A DNA stretch of 64,000 bases from a virus. Taxonomy: Duplodnaviria > Heunggongvirae > Uroviricota > Caudoviricetes. The position numbers and the translations under genes were made by a program. Where the stretch lies: the IMG/VR virus record IMGVR_UViG_3300026382_000007. One strand, 5' to 3'. Below, in pieces: positions 57,832 through 64,000 of the stretch; position 1 is the stretch's first letter, and each line of letters opens with the position of its first letter. Below the pieces are notes generated by a model. It had not been told where the DNA came from. It made no database searches and saw only the letters and a program-made list of their open reading frames with translations.

Positions 57832-57865
57832 TAATTTTTATTATAAACTAAAACAAGGAAGGCAA

Positions 57866-57979
57866 ATGTCGCACATAAATGCAAAAATTGCTGAACTTGA
57901 GAAAGACGGTAAACGAGAAAACATAGATTTTCGTATAGTATATTTTTCAGAATCAGCAGAATTAAAAATGTTGAAATAA
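57866..57979 (+). CDS. small protein (37 aa), below the ORF-track cutoff
   Basis: RBS aaggaaggcaaATG; MSHINAKIAELEKDGKRENIDFRIVYFSESAELKMLK. Confidence 0.25.
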   Translation: MSHINAKIAELEKDGKRENIDFRIVYFSESAELKMLK

Positions 57980-58103
57980 CAAAATTCAAAAAAGGAGTCA
58001 CGAATGTTGACAAGGTTAAGATCATTATCAAGATGTTTATGTTTAAGATTATTGTCAATTCGTGATGGATTGAGTTGTAGCTAAACTGCTATAATTTCAA
58101 TTC

Positions 58104-58189
58104 GGATAGTGCAAGCAAGGTGCTTAAGGTGGTTGCTAACCACTGGGGTGTAAACAGCCTGATGGGTTCAATTCCCATACTATCCTCCA
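58104..58189 (+). tRNA. tRNA-Ser(GCT), type II, CCA encoded
   Basis: acceptor ggatagt/actatcc perfect, anticodon arm ggtgg-ttGCTaa-ccact, long variable arm. Confidence 0.65.
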
Positions 58190-58280
58190 TCTTCAATTAG
58201 TACATTCAGTACAACCTTCAAAAACACAAACACTTTATTATTCATTCACAAATTTACTTGGTTATTCAAGCAACACATAT

Positions 58281-58367
58281 GCTCTCATGGTGGAATTGGC
58301 ATACACAATGGACTTAAAATCCATGGCTCGGAAGGGCTTCTCGGTTCAAATCCGAGTGGGAGCACCA
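58281..58367 (+). tRNA. tRNA-Leu(TAA), type II, CCA encoded (no intron)
   Basis: acceptor gctctca/tgggagc, anticodon arm atgga-ctTAAaa-tccat, variable hairpin gctc-ggaa-gggc. Confidence 0.7.
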
Positions 58368-58381
58368 TACTAAACAAATGT

Positions 58382-58457
58382 GCCGATGTACTTCAACGGA
58401 TAGAAATTCCGACTTCTAATCGGAAAGTTGGGGGTTCAAGCCCCTCCATCGGTACCA
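58382..58457 (+). tRNA. tRNA-Arg(TCT), CCA encoded
   Basis: acceptor gccgatg/catcggt, anticodon arm tccga-ctTCTaa-tcgga. Confidence 0.65.
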
Positions 58458-58458
58458 T

Positions 58459-58533
58459 GTATGATTGGCCAAATGGTAAGGCACGGGATTGCAAATCCTG
58501 AGATTGTCAGTTCGAGTCTGACATCATGCTCCA
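58459..58533 (+). tRNA. tRNA-Cys(GCA), CCA encoded
   Basis: acceptor gtatgat/atcatgc, anticodon arm cggga-ttGCAaa-tcctg. Confidence 0.65.
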
Positions 58534-58567
58534 ATTTTGATGTATTAAATATCAACAAGGTTGTAAA

Positions 58568-59095
58568 ATGAACAAATTAGAATTCAATGAAGAAAACTTC
58601 GACATGTTAGTCGAGAGGATGCACTTCCTCAGGGAAGAAGTTAAAAAATACAAATATGACCATTTAACTGGTTTAAAACTCAGAAAAGATTTTGATGAGA
58701 AGCTTGATAGGATGTATGAAGCTTATGAATTTGAAGATCAACCATTTGTTTTCATTATGGCAGATGCTGATGGTCTACACAATACTAATAGGACTCTAGG
58801 TTATGATGCTGGTGATGAGCTTCTTATAACTATATCGAGTGAGCTCCGTGCGGAGTTCGGTGATTGTAGAAATGTTGATATATTTCGAATATCCGGCGAC
58901 GAATTTGCGGTTTTGATGACTGGTGATTTGTGTGGCGATGCAATTGACGAAAAAATGAAAAATGTCACAAGTTGCTCATATGCATCAGTCTTCATGGATG
59001 AGACTGAATGTCATCCAAGCCCATCATCTGTTTTTAAGTGTGCTGATAAAAAACTCACTGAAGTAAAGAAAACTAAAAAGCCTGAAAGAATTTAA
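58568..59095 (+). CDS. GGDEF-domain protein (diguanylate-cyclase-like, SGDEF variant)
   Basis: DHLTGL, FVFIMADADGLHNTNRTLGYDAGDELL and RISGDEFAVLM align with PleD-type GGDEF core (DQLTGL / LIDIDFFKKIND..GDEVL / RYGGEEFVVIM). Confidence 0.65.
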   Translation: MNKLEFNEENFDMLVERMHFLREEVKKYKYDHLTGLKLRKDFDEKLDRMYEAYEFEDQPFVFIMADADGLHNTNRTLGYDAGDELLITISSELRAEFGDCRNVDIFRISGDEFAVLMTGDLCGDAIDEKMKNVTSCSYASVFMDETECHPSPSSVFKCADKKLTEVKKTKKPERI

Positions 59096-59154
59096 GCAAG
59101 CTCTAAGCTAACTTTAGGTATAATATAGTATATTAAAAGTTAAAAGGGCTTAAA
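59091..59154 (+). promoter_or_regulatory. conserved promoter/leader cassette (full form)
   Basis: aagcaagctctaagctaactttaggTATAATatagtatattaaaagttaaaagggcttaaaATG; -10 59119-59124. Confidence 0.6.
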
Positions 59155-59424
59155 ATGAAAACTTTCATACTCACCTCACTTATTGCATCAATCCTACTTA
59201 CTGGATGTGGTGCTAAGACCCCCGAAACCAAGTGTTATACAAATACTTATCACAATGCTGATGTAATCCTTGCAGACCAAGAAAAAGGCTCTTCAAACGC
59301 AGTATCTAGTACAACAACTTCTCAAACAACAGAAACAACTCATTGCTATGAAAAACCTCAAGACGATGCGAGTTACTTTTGGATTATTCCCGTGGCGATT
59401 GCTACTGTAACGATGGTGATATAG
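59155..59424 (+). CDS. small lipoprotein with C-terminal TM segment
   Basis: lipobox LLTGC; preceded by complete conserved promoter/leader cassette. Confidence 0.45.
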   Translation: MKTFILTSLIASILLTGCGAKTPETKCYTNTYHNADVILADQEKGSSNAVSSTTTSQTTETTHCYEKPQDDASYFWIIPVAIATVTMVI

Positions 59425-59634
59425 ATGGTTGATAAATTAGATCAGGAAATTACGATCTGTTGTATAGTTGCTGGTGGTCAGGGTGCTCTTCAGAGAATGA
59501 AAGTTGAAAAGATCGGCAGAATGAATAAAACAGTATGTCACCAGACAATGCCTGATTCATGTGCTCAAAAAATGAAGCTTATGTGGAAATCAGCAAGGGA
59601 GTCAGTTGTAATTGATTCGTTGGTTAAAGGATGA
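59425..59634 (+). CDS. hypothetical small protein
   Basis: 69 aa. Confidence 0.3.
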   Translation: MVDKLDQEITICCIVAGGQGALQRMKVEKIGRMNKTVCHQTMPDSCAQKMKLMWKSARESVVIDSLVKG

Positions 59635-59858
59635 TGGAAAAATTCATTGAAGAACATAAGTATAGGGATATTTATAGAATAGACCTTACTTTCATGAATG
59701 GACTATTCCATGTTCTAGTGGATTTATCATATGGACTAACCTTTGAGGCGGTTCATAAAGAATTGTCGGAATGCTACGAAATACTGACTGAAAAACTAAC
59801 TTCGCACGACAGTAAATATCAAAACAAGTGTATGAATATTCATACAAAAGGAGAATAG
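59631..59858 (+). CDS. hypothetical small protein
   Basis: 75 aa. Confidence 0.3.
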   Translation: MMEKFIEEHKYRDIYRIDLTFMNGLFHVLVDLSYGLTFEAVHKELSECYEILTEKLTSHDSKYQNKCMNIHTKGE

Positions 59859-60137
59859 ATGAGACCACTCGGATTTAAAGTAATTATAGAAAAGAAAACG
59901 GTGCAAGCGGAACAAACTTCCGGAACACTTATTATTGAACTTGAAAAGTCAACTTCAGATGCTGACGATGTTAGTGAGGGAACTGTAATTTCAGTAGGAA
60001 ATGAAGTAAACTCTGTGATACATATGATAGATGTTGGTGATACCGTGAAATATGAAAATCATGGTGGGTATGAAGTGAATATTGACGGTAAAGACCTGAT
60101 TATAGCTGATATCAAAAACATTCTGGTGGTATTATAA
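59859..60137 (+). CDS. groES: co-chaperonin GroES/gp31-like
   Basis: 92 aa; MRPLGFKVIIEK..GTVISVG..VGDTVKY pattern parallels GroES; immediately upstream of GroEL with ATGA overlap. Confidence 0.6.
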   Translation: MRPLGFKVIIEKKTVQAEQTSGTLIIELEKSTSDADDVSEGTVISVGNEVNSVIHMIDVGDTVKYENHGGYEVNIDGKDLIIADIKNILVVL

Positions 60138-61717
60138 TGAAAGATATTTTATATGGTTCAGAAGCGAGAGAACTTCTACAAGTTGGTGTTAATAAATTAG
60201 CAAAGGCGGTTGCGGTGACTATGGGACCTCTTGGTCGTAATGTTCTAATTCAGAGGGATAATGAAAATCCATTTCTCACCAAGGACGGTGTTACGGTAGC
60301 TGGTGAAGTTCAATTGAAGAATCCAGTTGAAAATATGGCAGCAAGTCTAGTGAAAGAAGTTTCATCAAATACGGCATTCGAAGCTGGTGATGGTACGACT
60401 ACATCTACTGTTTTAACTGATGCAATTTTCACACACGGTGTTGATGGCATCAAAAGTTCAACGAATATCGTTGAAATGAAAAAGGGTATGGATTCAGCGG
60501 TTCGTGAGGTTGTAAGCTACATTGAAATGAATAGTCGTAAGATTACATCTCATGAAGAAATTAAGCAAATTGCTACTATTTCAGCGAATTCAGATGTTCC
60601 TATGGGTCAGATGATTGCGGATGCTATGGAAGCTGTTGGTGAAGACGGGATTATCAATATCGAAGAAAATAACGGTGTGACGGATGAACTTGCCTCAACT
60701 AAGGGCTTCAAATTCAATCGTGGTTACATGAGTCCAAACTTCGTGACAAATCCTGGTAAAGAAATTGCTGAACATGAAAATCCTTTCATTTTAGTAACTG
60801 ATCAGCGAATTGGCCATTTAGCACACATATTACCTATTCTACAAAAGGTTCAGGAAACTGCAAGACCACTTATAATTTTAGCGGATGACTTTGACCCTGA
60901 AGCACTTAACACAGTTGTAGTGAATAAGGTTCGTGGTATCATGAATATGACGGTTGTAAAGTTACCAGGGTTTGGTGACGGAAAACGAGATCAGATGATT
61001 GACATTGCTATGACTTCAGGTGCTACTATTGTTGGTGCTGAAACTGGTCGTACATTTGAGTCACTGACTTTAGAAGATCTCGGTGAAGCGAAGCGAGTTG
61101 TAGTTGAGAAACAGAATACTATTATCATCAACGGAAAGGGATCAAGTACTGAAGAAATTACTCAGCATAAAAATGCCTTAAAAGTACAAATTGAAGCACT
61201 CCCAGATGGTGATGCTAAAGTGTCTCTTAAATCTAGATTATCCCGCCTTTCAGGTGCAGCAGCAGTTATCAGAGTTGGTGCTCAGACTGAACTTGAAATG
61301 AGAGAAAAGAAAGATAGATTTGATGATGCGGTTGCGGCAACAAAAGCAGCAGTGGCTGAGGGTATTGTTATTGGTGGTGGTTCTGCTTTGGCTAGGGCTT
61401 CACATTTCATCAAAGTGAATAGACAATCAACCAGTTCTGATTTTGACAAAGGGTTCGATGTGATTCTTGAAGCATGTTTTGCTCCTATAGAACAAATTGC
61501 AAATAATGCTGGTCGTAACGGCATTGAGATCGTTGGTGATCTTTCTGAACATGAGAATGAAAACTTCGGTTGGAATGCTCTTACTGATACTTATGAAGAT
61601 TTATTTGAATCAGGTGTCATCGATCCGCTCAAAGTGACTAGAATTGCAATAATCAATGCTTGTAGTTGTGCTTCTACTCTTTTAACTACTGAAACGGTAA
61701 TTTATACAGAAGATTAA
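60137..61717 (+). CDS. groEL: chaperonin GroEL (Cpn60)
   Basis: AVAVTMGPLGRNVLI..FEAGDGTTTSTVLT..equatorial domain motifs, 526 aa. Confidence 0.85.
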   Translation: MKDILYGSEARELLQVGVNKLAKAVAVTMGPLGRNVLIQRDNENPFLTKDGVTVAGEVQLKNPVENMAASLVKEVSSNTAFEAGDGTTTSTVLTDAIFTHGVDGIKSSTNIVEMKKGMDSAVREVVSYIEMNSRKITSHEEIKQIATISANSDVPMGQMIADAMEAVGEDGIINIEENNGVTDELASTKGFKFNRGYMSPNFVTNPGKEIAEHENPFILVTDQRIGHLAHILPILQKVQETARPLIILADDFDPEALNTVVVNKVRGIMNMTVVKLPGFGDGKRDQMIDIAMTSGATIVGAETGRTFESLTLEDLGEAKRVVVEKQNTIIINGKGSSTEEITQHKNALKVQIEALPDGDAKVSLKSRLSRLSGAAAVIRVGAQTELEMREKKDRFDDAVAATKAAVAEGIVIGGGSALARASHFIKVNRQSTSSDFDKGFDVILEACFAPIEQIANNAGRNGIEIVGDLSEHENENFGWNALTDTYEDLFESGVIDPLKVTRIAIINACSCASTLLTTETVIYTED

Positions 61718-61771
61718 GCAAGCTCTAAGCTTGTTTTAGGTATAATATAGTATAACTAAAAAGGATTCATT
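61714..61771 (+). promoter_or_regulatory. conserved promoter/leader cassette
   Basis: aagcaagctctaagcttgttttaggTATAATatagtataactaaaaaggattcattATG; -10 61741-61746. Confidence 0.55.
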
Positions 61772-61885
61772 ATGATGGTAAAATGTAGAAAAACTGGTCG
61801 CATGTATGATCCAGAATTAGGGTTTGAAAAATTACTCAAAGAATCTTGGGTTATCGCGATTATGAAAAGACTTCGTTTCAGGTAA
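61772..61885 (+). CDS. small protein (37 aa) behind conserved promoter cassette
   Basis: promoter/leader 61714-61760 then aaaaaggattcattATG. Confidence 0.3.
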   Translation: MMVKCRKTGRMYDPELGFEKLLKESWVIAIMKRLRFR

Positions 61886-62625
61886 ACGAATATGGGAGTG
61901 GTGCTAATGGAGAGAGGCTGAAATGCTCGGGTTGCACCAGATGGCAAACTTAGATTACTCACGATTGAGCAAGGATAAGACCTGACTATTGGTATGTTAG
62001 GGGATAATCATGTTAGTGTTGGAAATAAGTGTACATGAGTTGGACAACTAACCATCAACTGCGAAGACAGTATAAACTCGGGTGGCACGAGATGTGAGAG
62101 TAACACTGTGCCGTACAATTAATAAACTACTGAGGGCAACGGGACTCAGCATGACTCGGTGAGCGAGCAGTTCTTTATGGGTGTACTTGATATCAGTGCA
62201 CAGCGGAAGCTTATGAAGTGGGCTTCCCCACAGAAATGTGTTTTACAATCGTTGCTTCGGGTTACACACCACTGCGTCCAGTCGACCCTAGATGGTCAAA
62301 AGTGACTGTGTCTGAAGCACATTTATCCTCGATTGGTATAATTGGTTATTACTACTTATATGGCAGAGAAGCCAACATCCAAGATTTTAGCGGATCATGG
62401 TAGCAGTTGAAGAGGCGAAGTAGATTTGTTGGTGAATGTGAAATAACACCAACTTTTTGAAAAGCACAAAGGCTTGAAGTTCTAGCATAAGGTGCTAAAT
62501 TGCTGAGTTCTATCTCAATTCACAGCGGATAGAATAGGTTTAAAAATGACAAGCGGAAGACAGCAAATAAGGTGATTGTGGTTCGAGTCCACGGTTGGGG
62601 GCCAAATTTAATATAAAGAAGAATA

Positions 62626-62955
62626 ATGAAAACAAAAATTCGTGAAAGAAACTACATTATCAGGGCTGAAATGGGTGGTACTATGCCGTACTATTTTGGT
62701 AGATACAAGAGCTATTTAGGTAGACGAGTTTTATACCTTGATAAGCTTCGTACTTACATACTTGATGATAAAAAGAACGGCAGTTATGGCAATTTCAAAA
62801 GGTTCACTCTGGAAGAAGCCGAAGAAATGTTGAAACTCATCAAGGCTTGGTGGATGAATAATCCAAGGAAAAACCATTACAAGCCTAAAAAGTTTTATAT
62901 TCAAAAAATCAGTAAAATGGAAAAACAATTCAAGAAGGATTTTGCATGCAAGTAA
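62626..62955 (+). CDS. hypothetical basic protein
   Basis: 109 aa. Confidence 0.35.
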   Translation: MKTKIRERNYIIRAEMGGTMPYYFGRYKSYLGRRVLYLDKLRTYILDDKKNGSYGNFKRFTLEEAEEMLKLIKAWWMNNPRKNHYKPKKFYIQKISKMEKQFKKDFACK

Positions 62956-63239
62956 AATTAGTGCGAGACAAATATATCAATATCATTCCAAAAGATCAAA
63001 TTGAAATTCTAACTGATGAACAATCACATCAATGGCTTGTTGCGAAAATAGCTGAGGAAACTCAGGAGATTATTGACAGCAACTTCAATGATATCAGTGA
63101 ATATGCTGATGTTTTTGAAATATTAATTGCACTTGCGAAGAAAAATGGCTTTACAAAGGCTGATATTCTTAGAGCAAGGAATACGAAATTGAAAGACAAG
63201 GGTTCTTTTGATTTGAATCTACTATGGACGGAGGTCTAA
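62946..63239 (+). CDS. hypothetical protein
   Basis: 97 aa, overlaps upstream gene. Confidence 0.35.
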   Translation: MQVKLVRDKYINIIPKDQIEILTDEQSHQWLVAKIAEETQEIIDSNFNDISEYADVFEILIALAKKNGFTKADILRARNTKLKDKGSFDLNLLWTEV

Positions 63240-63240
63240 T

Positions 63241-63483
63241 ATGACAATTTATGCTTGGATGATAGCTTATCCTTATTTGGCGATACTTGCATTTGCATTT
63301 ATTATTTACACATTGACGGTGAACTTACTTGATGAAACTGATGGCATGTTTCCACGGTACTTCTCTGCTGTAACATTACCGTGGGTCTATGCTTACTACA
63401 TTCATGTAAGTTCATATTTGATGTATGGTGAAAGTTCTTTAGTAAACCTTTTCCAATATCTTCCTAAATTAAGCTTGTTCTAA
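63241..63483 (+). CDS. small membrane protein
   Basis: 80 aa with two hydrophobic helices. Confidence 0.35.
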   Translation: MTIYAWMIAYPYLAILAFAFIIYTLTVNLLDETDGMFPRYFSAVTLPWVYAYYIHVSSYLMYGESSLVNLFQYLPKLSLF

Positions 63484-63525
63484 GTAAAGTTTAGGCATAA
63501 TATAGAATAACTAAAAAGGATACAT
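63470..63525 (+). promoter_or_regulatory. conserved promoter/leader cassette (CATAAT variant)
   Basis: aagcttgttctaagtaaagtttaggCATAATatagaataactaaaaaggatacatATG. Confidence 0.45.
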
Positions 63526-63705
63526 ATGTCACAAGAAGTAGCTGAACTGAACATCGATGATTTCAGAAGTATTTTCATCCAAACTGAAATTGGTGAAATT
63601 GGAATAACGGAAACTGAAGAGGGTGTTAGATTTTCCCTTGATGGCGAAACAACTGTGATTAAGTTCGCGGGAAACAACTCATTTACCATGAAAAAGGACA
63701 AATAA
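63526..63705 (+). CDS. small protein (59 aa) behind conserved promoter cassette
   Basis: promoter 63470-63515, RBS aaaaaggatacatATG. Confidence 0.35.
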   Translation: MSQEVAELNIDDFRSIFIQTEIGEIGITETEEGVRFSLDGETTVIKFAGNNSFTMKKDK

Positions 63706-64000
63706 TGGCAAGTATGGAATATTGTATGTTTGAAAACACACAAGCGGAAATGGAGCAAGTTGTAAATGCTCTTCAAGAGGGTATAAAGCTCGGTGACAGA
63801 GAGATGTCAGCTTATCGTTCATTAGTTGAACTATGTGAACAATTCGGGGAATGTCCTGATCCGATTGAAGATTATGAAGATGATATCTATGTCGAATGCA
63901 GCGATCCTGATTGTGAAGATGATATCTATGTCGAATGCAGCGATCCTGATTGTGAAGATGATATCTATGTCGAATGCAGCGATCCTGATTGTGAGGGATG
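63705..64000 (+). CDS. acidic Cys-containing repeat protein (3' end outside window)
   Basis: TAATG overlap; contains 3 tandem copies of EDDIYVECSDPDC encoded by a 39-bp repeat. Confidence 0.4.
   Translation, partial: MASMEYCMFENTQAEMEQVVNALQEGIKLGDREMSAYRSLVELCEQFGECPDPIEDYEDDIYVECSDPDCEDDIYVECSDPDCEDDIYVECSDPDCEG
63887..63996 (+). repeat. 39-bp tandem repeat (about 3 copies, continues to window edge)
   Basis: gaagatgatatctatgtcgaatgcagcgatcctgattgt repeated. Confidence 0.9.

Noticed and set aside
49877-58058. ORF-track entries overlapping tRNA genes (49877-50119, 51216-51632, 51103-51291-, 51446-51661-, 55776-55961, 55880-56071-, 56068-56316-, 57581-57832-, 57621-57851, 57741-58058-)
   Set aside because: They are translations of tRNA and spacer sequence, with no RBS and implausible Cys/Trp/Arg-rich composition.
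62300-62604. tmRNA, with 62577-62604 as its tRNA-like 3' end
   Set aside because: tmRNA needs a 5' strand complementary to gttgggg and a tag reading frame ending in a stop. Neither could be found.
30768-63525. Possible CRISPR array, suggested by the many near-identical ~40-nt repeats
   Set aside because: Copies are tens of kb apart and irregularly spaced. Each contains a perfect TATAAT and sits immediately upstream of a gene start or RNA. This is a promoter family, not direct repeats with spacers.

Overview
This window looks like a segment of a large T4-like (jumbo myovirus-type) phage genome. It is AT-rich, about 35-40% GC by eye, and nearly all genes are on the + strand. The host is inferred to be a Campylobacterota (Campylobacter/Helicobacter-like) bacterium, from the host-like proteins described below and from promoters that have an extended -10 and no sigma70-type -35. 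Gene order: (1) Baseplate and tail-fibre module, 1-22.6 kb. It has a LysM-like protein, a gp5-like hub, a gp25-like wedge and a gp6-like wedge, then several fibre proteins with YadA-head-like and SHAEG-type repeats. One AT-richer beta-helix gene looks like a swapped receptor-binding cassette. (2) A block of small genes holding a lysis cassette: DUF1353, holin-like, then an overlapping i-spanin/o-spanin pair. (3) Endonuclease VII, a gp55-like late sigma factor, and a candidate RNA-repair set. The set has an RNA ligase fused to an HxGH nucleotidyltransferase domain, a P-loop kinase, and possibly a HAD-like phosphatase. An ATP-dependent DNA ligase follows. (4) A membrane module: a short prepilin-like protein plus an SPFH/band-7 lipoprotein. 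(5) NrdB/NrdA, a dCMP deaminase, and on the - strand a short flagellin with only the D0/D1 domains. (6) A cytochrome c553-like gene, then an array of roughly 28 tRNA or tRNA-like genes at 49.9-58.5 kb. All of them encode CCA. Three have a CAT anticodon, and two of those have reduced D-arms. Lys, Thr and Glu are each present as a divergent duplicate pair. The array also holds a Vsr-like nuclease pseudogene, a T7-lysozyme-type amidase, and a ~1.9 kb GC-rich stretch of structured, ORF-free sequence containing tRNA 3'-half-like pieces. (7) A GGDEF-domain protein, a GroES/GroEL pair, and a second GC-rich noncoding element that ends in a tRNA-like T-arm/CCA. A ~45-70 nt promoter/leader cassette (..AAGCTNACTTTAGGTATAATATAGTATA.. 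AAAAGGCTTAAAATG) recurs at least 20 times, once in antisense orientation. All calls come from reading the sequence by eye. No database search or RNA folding was run, so family assignments rest on recalled motifs.
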